Source: Auanema rhodensis (taxonomy: Eukaryota > Animalia > Nematoda). From it: a stretch of DNA of 64,000 nt. Where the stretch lies: contig CAXKVF010000073.1 of the NCBI GenBank assembly GCA_964057225.1, positions 1,337,252 through 1,401,251 of the forward strand. The letters are read 5' to 3'. The notes beneath the pieces were generated by a model. The model made no database searches, was not told where the DNA came from, and worked only from the letters and a program-made list of their open reading frames with translations. Shown piece by piece: positions 15,001 through 30,000 of the stretch; position 1 is the first letter of the stretch; the number at the start of each line of letters is the position of its first letter. The translations under genes were made by a program, and so were the position numbers.

Positions 15001-18000
15001 TTATCTTTCACGTGGAGCGAGTTACATACCAAGTGCACATCACGTGTACATTTAATTAGCATAAATTAAAGTTCACGTAAATTTCAAAGTCATGGTTACC
15101 ATGAAGCAATATCAATAAAAATTTGTTTTTAGACTAATATGGACATGGGGAATCTAATTTTGAAAACCGCATCTCTTTATCTTTCACGTGAAGCGAGTTA
15201 CATACCAAGTGCACATCACGTGTACATTTAATTAGCATAAATTAAAGTTCACGTAAATTTCAAAGTCATGGTTACCATGAACCAATATCAATAAAAATTT
15301 GTTTTTAGACTAATATGGACATGGGGAATCTAATTTTGAAAACCGCATTTCTTTATCTTTCACGTGAAGCGAGTTACATACCAAGAGCACATCACGTGTA
15401 CATTTAATTAGCATAAATTAAAGTTCACGTAAATTTCAAAGTCATGGTTACCATGAACCAATATCAATAAAAATTTGTTTTTAGACTAATATGCACATGG
15501 GGAATCTAATTTTGAAAACCGCATCTCTTTATCTTTCACGTGAAGCGAGTTACATACCAAGTGCACATCACGTGTACATTTAATTAGCATAAATTAAAGT
15601 TCACGTAAAATTCAAAGTCATGGTTACCATGAACCAATATCAATAAAAATTTGTTTTTAGACTAATATGGACATGGGGAATCTAATTTTGAAAACCGCAT
15701 CTCTTTATCTTTCACGTGAAGCGAGTTACATACCAAGTGCACATCACGTGTACGTTTAATTAGCATAAATTAAAGTTCACGTAAATTTCAAAGTCATGGT
15801 TACCATGAACCAATATCAATAAAAATTTGTTTTTAGACTAATATGGACATGGGGAATCTAATTTTGAAAACCGCATCTCTTTATCTTTCACGTGAAGCGA
15901 GTTACATACCAAGTGCACATCACGTGTACATTTAATTAGCATAAATTAAAGTTCACGTAAATTTCAAAGTCATGGTTAACATGAACCAATATCCATAAAA
16001 ATTTGTTTTTAGACTAATATGGACATGGGGAATCTAATTTTGAAAACCGCATCTCTTTATCTTTCACGTGAAGCGAGTTACATACCAAGTGCACATCACG
16101 TGTACATTTAATTAGCATAAATTAAAGTTCACGTAAATTTCAAAGTCATGGTTACCATGTACCAATATCAATAAAAATTTGTTTTTAGACTAATATGGAC
16201 ATGGGGAATCTAATTTTGAAAACCGCATCTCTTTATCTTTCACGTGAAGCGAGTTACATACCAAGTGCACATCACGTGTACATTTAATTAGCATAAATTA
16301 AAGTTCACGTAAATTTCAAAGTCATGGTTACCATGAACCAATATCAATAAAAATTTGTTTTTAGACTAATATGGACATGGGGAATCTAATTTTGAAAACC
16401 GCATCTCTTTATCTTTCACGTGAAGCGAGTTACATACCAAGTGCACATCACGTGTACATTTAATTAGCATAAATTAAAGTTCACGTAAATTTCAAAGTCA
16501 TGGTTACCATGAAGCAATATCAATGAAAATTTGTTTTTAGACTAATATGGACATGGGGAATCTAATTTTGAAAACCGCATCTCTTTATCTTTCACGTGAA
16601 GCGAGTTACATACCAAGTGCACATCACGTGTACATTTAATTAGCATTAATTAAAGTTCACGTAAATTTCAAAGTCATGGTTACCATGAACCAATATCAAT
16701 AAAATTTTGTTTTTAGACTAATATGGACATGGGGAATCTAATTTTGAAAACCGCATCTCTTTATCTTTCACGTGAAGCGAGTTACATACCAAGTGCACAT
16801 CACGTGTACATTTAATTAGCATAAATTAAAGTTCACGTAAATTTCAAAGTCATGGTTACCATGAACTAATATCAATAAAAATTTGTTTTTAGACTAATAT
16901 GGACATGGGGAATTTAATTTTGAAAACCGCATCTCTTTATCTTTCACGTGAAGCGAGTTACATACCAAGTGCACATCACGTGTACATTTAATTAGCATAA
17001 ATTAAAGTTCACGTAAATTTCAAAGTCATGGTTACCATGAACCAATATCAATAAAAATTTGTTTTTAGACTAATATGGACATGGGGAATCTAATTTTGAA
17101 AACCGCATCTCTTTATCTTTCACGTGAAGCGAGTTACATACCAAGTGCACATCACGTGTACATTTAATTAGCATAAATTAAAGTTCACGTAAATTTCAAA
17201 GTCATGGTTACCATGAACCAATATCGATAAAAATTTGTTTTTAGACTAATATGGACATGGGGAATCTAATTTCGAAAACCGCATCTCTTTATCTTTCACG
17301 TGAAGCGAGTTACATACCAAGTGCACATCACGTGTACATTTAATTAGCATAAATTAAAGTTCACGTAAATTTCAAAGTCATGGTTTCCATGCACCAATAT
17401 CAATAAAAATTTGTTTTTAGACTAATATGGACATGGGGAATCTAATTTTGAAAACCGCATCTCTTTATCTTTCACGTGAAGCGAGTTACATACCAAGTGC
17501 ACATCACGTGTACATTTAATTAGCATAAATTAAAGTTCACGTAAATTTCAAAGTCATGGTTACCATGAACCAATATTAATAAAAATTTGTTTTTAGACTA
17601 ATATGGACATGGGGAATCTAATTTTGAAAACCGCATCTCTTCATCTTTCACGTGAAGCGAGTTACATACCAAGTGCACATCACGTGTACATTTAATTAGC
17701 ATAAATTAAAGTTCACGTAAATTTCAAAGTCATGGTTACCATGAACCAATATTAATAAAAATTTGTTTTTTGACTAATATAGACATGGGGAATCTAATTT
17801 TGAAAACCGCATCTCTTTATCTTTCACGTGAAGCGAGTTACATACCAAGTGCACATCACGTGTACATTTAATTAGCATAAATTAAAGTTCACGTAAATTT
17901 CAAAGTCATGGTTACCATGCACCAATATCAATAAAAATTTGTTTTTAGACTAATATGGACATGGGGAATCTAATTTCGAAAACCGCATCTCTTTATCTTT

Positions 18001-21000
18001 CACGCGGAGCGAGTTACATACCAAGTGCACATCACGTGTACATTTAATTAGCATAAATTAAAGTTCACGTAAATTTCAAAGTCATGGTTACCATGAAGCA
18101 ATATCAATAAAAATTTGTTTTTAGACTAATATGGACATGGGGAATCTAATTTTGAAAACCGCATCTCTTTATCTTTCACGTGAAGCGAGTTACATACCAA
18201 GTGCACATCACGTGTACATTTAATTAGCATAAATTAAAGTTCACGTAAATTTCAAAGTCATGGTTACCATGAAGCAATATCAATAAAAATTTGTTTTTAG
18301 ACTAATATGGATATGGGGAATCTAATTTTGAAAACCGCATCTCTTTATCTTTCACGTGAAGCGAGTTACATACCAAGTGCACATCACGTGTACATTTAAT
18401 TAGCATAAATTAAAGTTCACGTAAATTTCAAAGTCATGGTTACCATGAACCAATATCAATAAAAATTTGTTTTTAGACTAATATGGACATGGGGAATCTA
18501 ATTTTGAAAACCGCATCTCGTTACCTTTCACGTGGAGCGAGTTACATACCAAGTGCACATCACGTGTACATTTAATTAGCATAAATTAAAGTTCACGTAA
18601 ATTTCAAAGTCATGGTTACCATGAAGCAATATCAATAAAAATTTGTTTTTAGACTAATATGGACATGGGGAATCTAATTTTGAAAACCGCATCTCTTTAT
18701 CTTTCACGTGAAGCGAGTTACATACCAAGTGCACATCACGTGTACATTTAATTAGCATAAATTAAAGTTCACGTAAATTTCAAAGTCATGGTTACCATGA
18801 ACCAATATCAATAAAAATTTGTTTTTAGACTAATATGGACATGGGGAATCTAATTTTGAAAACCGCATTTCTTTATCTTTCACGTGAAGCGAGTTACATA
18901 CCAAGAGCACATCACGTGTACATTTAATTAGCATAAATTAAAGTTCACGTAAATTTCAAAGTCATGGTTACCATGAACCAATATCAATAAAAATTTGTTT
19001 TTAGACTAATATGCACATGGGGAATCTAATTTTGAAAACCGCATCTCTTTATCTTTCACGTGAAGCGAGTTACATACCAAGTGCACATCACGTGTACATT
19101 TAATTAGCATAAATTAAAGTTCACGTAAAATTCAAAGTCATGGTTACCATGAACCAATATCAATAAAAATTTGTTTTTAGACTAATATGGACATGGGGAA
19201 TCTAATTTTGAAAACCGCATCTCTTTATCTTTCACGTGAAGCGAGTTACATACCAAGTGCACATCACGTGTACGTTTAATTAGCATAAATTAAAGTTCAC
19301 GTAAATTTCAAAGTCATGGTTACCATGAACCAATATCAATAAAAATTTGTTTTTAGACTAATATGGACATGGGGAATCTAATTTTGAAAACCGCATCTCT
19401 TTATCTTTCACGTGAAGCGAGTTACATACCAAGTGCACATCACGTGTACATTTAATTAGCATAAATTAAAGTTCACGTAAATTTCAAAGTCATGGTTAAC
19501 ATGAACCAATATCCATAAAAATTTGTTTTTAGACTAATATGGACATGGGGAATCTAATTTTGAAAACCGCATCTCTTTATCTTTCACGTGAAGCGAGTTA
19601 CATACCAAGTGCACATCACGTGTACATTTAATTAGCATAAATTAAAGTTCACGTAAATTTCAAAGTCATGGTTACCATGTACCAATATCAATAAAAATTT
19701 GTTTTTAGACTAATATGGACATGGGGAATCTAATTTTGAAAACCGCATCTCTTTATCTTTCACGTGAAGCGAGTTACATACCAAGTGCACATCACGTGTA
19801 CATTTAATTAGCATAAATTAAAGTTCACGTAAATTTCAAAGTCATGGTTACCATGAACCAATATCAATAAAAATTTGTTTTTAGACTAATATGGACATGG
19901 GGAATCTAATTTTGAAAACCGCATCTCTTTATCTTTCACGTGAAGCGAGTTACATACCAAGTGCACATCACGTGTACATTTAATTAGCATAAATTAAAGT
20001 TCACGTAAATTTCAAAGTCATGGTTACCATGAAGCAATATCAATGAAAATTTGTTTTTAGACTAATATGGACATGGGGAATCTAATTTTGAAAACCGCAT
20101 CTCTTTATCTTTCACGTGAAGCGAGTTACATACCAAGTGCACATCACGTGTACATTTAATTAGCATTAATTAAAGTTCACGTAAATTTCAAAGTCATGGT
20201 TACCATGAACCAATATCAATAAAATTTTGTTTTTAGACTAATATGGACATGGGGAATCTAATTTTGAAAACCGCATCTCTTTATCTTTCACGTGAAGCGA
20301 GTTACATACCAAGTGCACATCACGTGTACATTTAATTAGCATAAATTAAAGTTCACGTAAATTTCAAAGTCATGGTTACCATGAACTAATATCAATAAAA
20401 ATTTGTTTTTAGACTAATATGGACATGGGGAATTTAATTTTGAAAACCGCATCTCTTTATCTTTCACGTGAAGCGAGTTACATACCAAGTGCACATCACG
20501 TGTACATTTAATTAGCATAAATTAAAGTTCACGTAAATTTCAAAGTCATGGTTACCATGAACCAATATCAATAAAAATTTGTTTTTAGACTAATATGGAC
20601 ATGGGGAATCTAATTTTGAAAACCGCATCTCTTTATCTTTCACGTGAAGCGAGTTACATACCAAGTGCACATCACGTGTACATTTAATTAGCATAAATTA
20701 AAGTTCACGTAAATTTCAAAGTCATGGTTACCATGAACCAATATCGATAAAAATTTGTTTTTAGACTAATATGGACATGGGGAATCTAATTTCGAAAACC
20801 GCATCTCTTTATCTTTCACGTGAAGCGAGTTACATACCAAGTGCACATCACGTGTACATTTAATTAGCATAAATTAAAGTTCACGTAAATTTCAAAGTCA
20901 TGGTTTCCATGCACCAATATCAATAAAAATTTGTTTTTAGACTAATATGGACATGGGGAATCTAATTTTGAAAACCGCATCTCTTTATCTTTCACGTGAA

Positions 21001-24000
21001 GCGAGTTACATACCAAGTGCACATCACGTGTACATTTAATTAGCATAAATTAAAGTTCACGTAAATTTCAAAGTCATGGTTACCATGAACCAATATTAAT
21101 AAAAATTTGTTTTTAGACTAATATGGACATGGGGAATCTAATTTTGAAAACCGCATCTCTTCATCTTTCACGTGAAGCGAGTTACATACCAAGTGCACAT
21201 CACGTGTACATTTAATTAGCATAAATTAAAGTTCACGTAAATTTCAAAGTCATGGTTACCATGAACCAATATTAATAAAAATTTGTTTTTTGACTAATAT
21301 AGACATGGGGAATCTAATTTTGAAAACCGCATCTCTTTATCTTTCACGTGAAGCGAGTTACATACCAAGTGCACATCACGTGTACATTTAATTAGCATAA
21401 ATTAAAGTTCACGTAAATTTCAAAGTCATGGTTACCATGCACCAATATCAATAAAAATTTGTTTTTAGACTAATATGGACATGGGGAATCTAATTTCGAA
21501 AACCGCATCTCTTTATCTTTCACGCGGAGCGAGTTACATACCAAGTGCACATCACGTGTACATTTAATTAGCATAAATTAAAGTTCACGTAAATTTCAAA
21601 GTCATGGTTACCATGAAGCAATATCAATAAAAATTTGTTTTTAGACTAATATGGACATGGGGAATCTAATTTTGAAAACCGCATCTCTTTATCTTTCACG
21701 TGAAGCGAGTTACATACCAAGTGCACATCACGTGTACATTTAATTAGCATAAATTAAAGTTCACGTAAATTTCAAAGTCATGGTTACCATGAACCAATAT
21801 CAATAAAAATTTGTTTTTAGACTAATATGGACATGGGGAATCTAATTTTGAAAACCGCATCTCTTTATCTTTCACGTGAAGCGAGTTACATACCAAGTGC
21901 ACATCACGTGTACATTTAATTAGCATAAATTAAAGTTCACGTAAATTTCAAAGTCATGGTTACCATGAACTAATATCAATAAAAATTTGTTTTTAGACTA
22001 ATATGGACATGGGGAATCTAATTTTGAAAACCGCATCTCTTTGTCTTTCACGTGAAGCGAGTTACATACCAAGTGCACATCACGTGTACATTTAATTAGC
22101 ATAAATTAAAGTTCACGTAAATTTCAAAGTCATGGTTACCATGAACCAATATCGATAAAAATTTGTTTTTAGACTAATATGGACATGGGGAATCTAATTT
22201 CGAAAACCGCATCTCTTTATCTTTCACGTGAAGCGAGTTACATACCAAGTGCACATCACGTGTACATTTAATTAGCATAAATTAAAGTTCACGTAAATTT
22301 CAAAGTCATGGTTTCCATGCACCAATATCAATAAAAATTTGTTTTTAGACTAATATGGACATGGGGAATCTAATTTTGAAAACCGCATCTCTTTATCTTT
22401 CACGTGAAGCGAGTTACATGCCAAGTGCACATCACGTGTACATTTAATTAGCATAAATTAAAGTTCACGTAAATTTCAAAGTCATGGTTACCATGAACCA
22501 ATATTAATAAAAATTTGTTTTTAGACTAATATGGACATGGGGAATCTAATTTTGAAAACCGCATCTCTTTATCTTTCACGTGAAGCGAGTTACATACCAA
22601 GTGCACATCACGTGTACATTTAATTAGCATAAATTAAAGTTCACGTAAATTTCAAAGTCATGGTTACCATGAACCAATATCAATAAAAATTTGTTTTTAG
22701 ACTAATATGGACAGGGGGAATCTAATTTTGAAAACCGCATCTCTTTATCTTTCACGTGAAGCGAGTTACATACCAAGTGCACATCACGTGTACATTTAAT
22801 TAGCATAAATTAAAGTTCACGTAAATTTCAAAGTCATGGTTACCATGAACCAATATCAATAAAAATTTGTTTTTAGACTAATATGGACATGGGGAATCTA
22901 ATTTTGAAAACCGCATCTCTTTATCTTTCACGTGAAGCGAGTTACATACCAAGTGCACATCACGTGTACATTTAATTAGCATAAATTAAAGTTCACGTAA
23001 AATTCAAAGTCATGGTTACCATGCACCAATATCAATAAAAATTTGTTTTTAGACTAATATGGACATGGGGAATCTAATTTTGAAAACCGCATCTCTTTAT
23101 CTTTCACGTGAAGCGAGTTACATACCAAGTGCACATCACGTGTACATTTAATTAGCATAAATTAAAGTTCACGTAAATTTCAAAGTCATGGTTACCATGA
23201 ACCAATATCAATAAAAATTTGTTTTTAGACTAATATGGACATGGGGAATCTAATTGTGAAAACCGCATCTCTTTATCTTTCACGTGAAGCGAGTTACATA
23301 CCAAGTGCACATCACGTGTACATTTAATTAGCATAAATTAAAGTTCACGTAAATTTCAAAGTCATGGTTACCATGAACCAATATCAATAAAAATTTGTTT
23401 TTAGACTAATATGGACATGGGGAATCTAATTTTGAAAACCGCATCTCTTTATCTTTCACGTGAAACGAGTTACATACCAAGTGCACATCACGTGTACATT
23501 TAATTAGCATAAATTAAAGTTCACGTAAATTTCAAAGTCATGGTTACCATGAACCAATATCAATACAAATTTGTTTTTAGACTAATATGGACATGGGGAA
23601 TCTAATTTTGAAAACCGCATCTCTTTATCTTTCACGTGAAGCGAGTTACATACCAAGTGCACATCACGTGTACATTTAATTAGCATAAATTAAAGTGCAC
23701 GTAAATTTCAAAGTCATGGTTACCATGAACCAATATCAATAAAAATTTGTTTTTAGACTAATATGGACATGGGGAATCTAATTTTGAAAACCGCATCTCT
23801 TTATCTTTCACGTGAAGCGAGTTACATACCAAGTGCACATCACGTGTACATTTAATTAGCATAAATTAAAGTTCACGTAAATTTCAAAGTCATGTTTACC
23901 ATGAAGCAAAATCAATAAAAATTTGTTTTTAGACTAATATGGACAGGGGGAATCTAATTTTGAAAACCGCATCTCTTTATCTTTCACGTGAAGCGAGTTA

Positions 24001-27000
24001 CATACCAAGTGCACATCACGTGTACATTTAATTAGCATAAATTAAAGTTCACGTAAATTTCAAAGTCATGGTTACCATGAACCAATATCAATAAAAATTT
24101 GTTTTTAGACTAATATGGACAGGGGGAATCTAATTTTGAAAACCGCATCTCTTTATCTTTCACGTGAAGCGAGTTACATACCAAGTGCACATCACGTGTA
24201 CATTTAATTAGCATAAATTAAAGTTCACGTAAATTTCAAAGTCATGGTTACCATGAACCAATATCAATAAAAATTTGTTTTTAGACTAATATGGACATGG
24301 GGAATCTAATTTTGAAAACCGCATCTCTTTATCTTTCACGTGAAGCGAGTTACATACCAAGTGCACATCACGTGTACATTTAATTAGCATAAATTAAAGT
24401 TCACGTAAAATTCAAAGTCATGGTTACCATGCACCAATATCAATAAAAATTTGTTTTTAGACTAATATGGACATGGGGAATCTAATTTTGAAAACCGCAT
24501 CTCTTTATCTTTCACGTGAAGCGAGTTACATACCAAGTGCACATCACGTGTACATTTAATTAGCATAAATTAAAGTTCACGTAAATTTCAAAGTCATGGT
24601 TACCATGAACCAATATCAATAAAAATTTGTTTTTAGACTAATATGGACATGGGGAATCTAATTGTGAAAACCGCATCTCTTTATCTTTCACGTGAAGCGA
24701 GTTACATACCAAGTGCACATCACGTGTACATTTAATTAGCATAAATTAAAGTTCACGTAAATTTCAAAGTCATGGTTACCATGAACCAATATCAATACAA
24801 ATTTGTTTTTAGACTAATATGGACATGGGGAATCTAATTTTGAAAACCGCATCTCTTTATCTTTCACGTGAAGCGAGTTACATACCAAGTGCACATCACG
24901 TGTACATTTAATTAGCATAAATTAAAGTGCACGTAAATTTCAAAGTCATGGTTACCATGAACCAATATCAATAAAAATTTGTTTTTAGACTAATATGGAC
25001 ATGGGGAATCTAATTTTGAAAACCGCATCTCTTTATCTTTCACGTGAAGCGAGTTACATACCAAGTGCACATCACGTGTACATTTAATTAGCATAAATTA
25101 AAGTTCACGTAAATTTCAAAGTCATGTTTACCATGAAGCAAAATCAATAAAAATTTGTTTTTAGACTAATATGGACAGGGGGAATCTAATTTTGAAAACC
25201 GCATCTCTTTATCTTTCACGTGAAGCGAGTTACATACCAAGTGCACATCACGTGTACATTTAATTAGCATAAATTAAAGTTCACGTAAATTTCAAAGTCA
25301 TGGTTACCATGAACCAATATCAATAAAAATTTGTTTTTAGACTAATATGGACAGGGGGAATCTAATTTTGAAAACCGCATCTCTTTATCTTTCACGTGAA
25401 GCGAGTTACATACCAAGTGCACATCACGTGTACATTTAATTAGCATAAATTAAAGTTCACGTAAATTTCAAAGTCATGGTTACCATGAACCAATATCAAT
25501 AAAAATTTGTTTTTAGACTAATATGGACATGGGGAATCTAATTTTGAAAACCGCATCTCTTTATCTTTCACGTGAAGCGAGTTACATACCAAGTGCACAT
25601 CACGTGTACATTTAATTAGCATAAATTAAAGTTCACGTAAAATTCAAAGTCATGGTTACCATGCACCAATATCAATAAAAATTTGTTTTTAGACTAATAT
25701 GGACATGGGGAATCTAATTTTGAAAACCGCATCTCTTTATCTTTCACGTGAAGCGAGTTACATACCAAGTGCACATCACGTGTACATTTAATTAGCATAA
25801 ATTAAAGTTCACGTAAATTTCAAAGTCATGGTTACCATGAACCAATATCAATAAAAATTTGTTTTTAGACTAATATGGACATGGGGAATCTAATTGTGAA
25901 AACCGCATCTCTTTATCTTTCACGTGAAGCGAGTTACATACCAAGTGCACATCACGTGTACATTTAATTAGCATAAATTAAAGTTCACGTAAATTTCAAA
26001 GTCATGGTTACCATGAACCAATATCAATAAAAATTTGTTTTTAGACTAATATGGACATGGGGAATCTAATTTTGAAAACCGCATCTCTTCATCTTTCACG
26101 TGAAGCGAGTTACATACCAAGTGCACATCACGTGTACATTTAATTAGCATAAATTAAAGTTCACGTAAAATTCAAAGTCATGGTTACCATGCACCAATAT
26201 CAATAAAAATTTGTTTTTAGACTAATATGGACATGGGGAATCTAATTTCGAAAACCGCATCTCTTTATCTTTCACGTGAAGCGAGTTACATACCAAGTGC
26301 ACATCACGTGTACATTTAATTAGCATAAATTAAAGTTCACGTAAATTTCAAAGTCATGGTTACCATGAACCAATATCAATAAAAATTTGTTTTTAGACTA
26401 ATATGGACATGGGGAATCTAATTTTGAAAACCGCATCTCTTTATCTTTCACGTGAAGCGAGTTACATACCAAGTGCACATCACGTGTACATTTAATTAGC
26501 ATAAATTAAAGTTCACGTAAATATCAAAGTCATGGTTACCATGAAGCAATATCAATAAAAATTTGTTTTTAGACTAATATGGACATGGGGAATCTAATTT
26601 TGAAAACCGCATCTCTTTATCTTTCACGTGAAGCGAGTTACATACCAAGTGCACATCACGTGTACATTTAATTAGCATTAATTAAAGTTCACGTAAATTT
26701 CAAAGTCATGGTTACCATGAAGCAATATCAATAAAAATTTGTTTTTAGACTAATATGGACATGGGGAATCTAATTTTGAAAACCGCATCTCTTTATCTTT
26801 CACGTGAAGCGAGTTACATACCAAGTGCACATCACGTGTACATTTAATTAGCATAAATTAAAGTTCACGTAAATTTCAAAGTCATGGTTACCATGAACCA
26901 ATATCAATAAAAATTTGTTTTTAGACTAATATGGACATGGGGAATCTAATTTTGAAAACCGCATCTCTTTATCTTTCACGTGAAGCGAGTTACATACCAA

Positions 27001-30000
27001 GTGCACATCACGTGTACATTTAATTAGCATAAATTAAAGTTCACGTAAATTTCAAAGTCATGGTTACCATGCACCAATATCAATAAAAATTTGTTTTTAG
27101 ACTAATATGGACATGGGGAATCTAATTTTGAAAACCGCATCTCTTTATCTTTCACGTGAAGCGAGTTACATACCAAGTGCACATCACGTGTACATTTAAT
27201 TAGCATAAATTAAAGTTCACGTAAATTTCAAAGTCATGGTTACCATGAACCAATATCAATAAAAATTTGTTTTTAGACTAATATGGACATGGGGAATCTA
27301 ATTTTGAAAACCGCATCTCTTTATCTTTCACGTGAAGCGAGTTACATACCAAGTGCACATCACGTGTACATTTAATTAGCATAAATTAAAGTTCACGTAA
27401 ATTTCAAAGTCATGGTTACCATGAACCAATATCAATAAAAATTTGTTTTTAGACTAATATGGACATGGGGAATCTAATTTTGAAAACCGCATCTCTTTAT
27501 CTTTCACGTGAAGCGAGTTACATACCAAGTGCACATCACGTGTACATTTAATTAGCATAAATTAAAGTTCACGTAAATTTCAAAGTCATGGTTACCATGA
27601 AGCAATATCAATAAAAATTTGTTTTTAGACTAATATGGACATGGGGAATCTAATTTTGAAAACCGCATCTCTTTATCTTTCACGTGAAGCGAGTTACATA
27701 CCAAGTGCACATCACGTGTACATTTAATTAGCATAAATTAAAGTTCACGTAAATTTCAAAGTCATGGTTACCATGAAGCAATATCAATAAAAATTTGTTT
27801 TTAGACTAATATGGACATGGGGAATCTAATTTTGAAAACCGCATCTCTTTATCTTTCACGTGAAGCGAGTTACATACCAAGTGCACATCACGTGTACATT
27901 TAATTAGCATAAATTAAAGTTCACGTAAATTTCAAAGTCATGGTTACCATGAACCAATATCAATAAAAATTTGTTTTTAGACTAATATGGACATGGGGAA
28001 TCTAATTTTGAAAACCGCATCTCTTTATCTTTCACGTGAAGCGAGTTACATACCAAGTGCACATCACGTGTACATTTAATTAGCATAAATTAAAGTTCAC
28101 GTAAATTTCAAAGTCATGGTTACCATGAAGCAATATCAATAAAAATTTGTTTTCAGACTAATATGGACATGGGGAATCTAATTTTGAAAACCGCATCTCT
28201 TTATCTTTCACGTGAAGCGAGTTACATACCAAGTGCACATCACGTGTACATTTAATTAGCATAAATTAAAGTTCACGTAAATTTCAAAGTCATGGTTACC
28301 ATGCACCAATATCAATAAAAATTTGTTTTTAGACTAATATGGACATGGGGAATCTAATTTTGAAAACCGCATCTCTTTATCTTTCACGTGAAGCGAGTTA
28401 CATACCAAGTGCACATCACGTGTACATTTAATTAGCATAAATTAAAGTTCACGTAAATTTCAAAGTCATGGTTACCATGAAGCAATATCAATAAAAATTT
28501 GTTTTTAGACTAATATGGACATGGGGAATCTAATTTTGAAAACCGCATCTCTTTATCTTTCACGTGAAGCGAGTTACATACCAAGTGCACATCACGTGTA
28601 CATTTAATTAGCATTAATTAAAGTTCACGTAAATTTCAAAGTCATGGTTACCATGAACCAATATCAATAAAAATTTGTTTTTAGACTAATATGGACATGG
28701 AAAATCTAATTTTGAAAACCGCATCTCTTTATCTTTCACGTGAAGCGAGTTACATACCAAGTGCACATCACGTGTACATTTAATTAGCATAAATTAAAGT
28801 TCACGTAAATTTCAAAGTCATGGTTACCATGAACCAATATCAATAAAAATTTGTTTTTAGACTAATATGGACATGGAAAATCTAATTTTGAAAACCGCAT
28901 CTCTTTATCTTTCACGTGAAGCGAGTTACATACCAAGTGCACATCAAGTGTACATTTAATTAGCATAAATTAAAGTTCACGTAAATTTCAAAGTCATGGT
29001 TACCATGAAGCAATATCAATAAAAATTTGTTTTTAGACTAATATGGACATGGGGAATCTAATTTTGAAAACCGCATCTCTTTATCTTTCACGTGAAGCGA
29101 GTTACATACCAAGTGCACATCACGTGTACATTTAATTAGCATAAATTAAAGTTCACGTAAATTTCAAAGTCATGGTTACCATGAACCAATATCAATAAAA
29201 ATTTGTTTTTAGACTAATATGGACATGGGGAATCTAATTTTGAAAACCGCATCTCTTTATCTTTCACGTGAAGCGAGTTACATACCAAGTGCACATCACG
29301 TGTACATTTAATTAGCATAAATTAAAGTTCACGTAAATTTCAAAGTCATGGTTACCATGAAGCAATATCAATAAAAATTTGTTTTTAGACTAATATGGAC
29401 ATGGGGAATCTAATTTTGAAAACCGCATCTCTTTATCTTTCACGTGAAGCGAGTTACATACCAAGTGCACATCACGTGTACATTTAATTAGCATAAATTA
29501 AAGTTCACGTAAATTTCAAAGTCATGGTTACCATGCACCAATATCAATAAAAATTTGTTTTTAGACTAATATGGACATGGGGAATCTAATTTTGAAAACC
29601 GCATCTCTTTATCTTTCACGTGAAGCGAGTTACATACCAAGTGCACATCACGTGTACATTTAATTAGCATAAATTAAAGTTCACGTAAATTTCAAAGTCA
29701 TGGTTACCATAAACCAATATCAATAAAAATTTGTTTTTAGACTAATATGGACATGGGGAATCTAATTTTGAAAACCGCATCTCTTTATCTTTCACGTGAA
29801 GCGAGTTACATACCAAGTGCACATCACGTGTACATTTAATTAGCACAAATTAAAGTTCACGTAAATTTCAAAGTCATGGTTACCATGAACCAATATCAAT
29901 AAAAATTTGTTTTTAGACTAATATGGACATGGAAAATCTAATTTTGAAAACCGCATCTCTTTATCTTTCACGTGAAGCGAGTTACATACCAAGTGCACAT

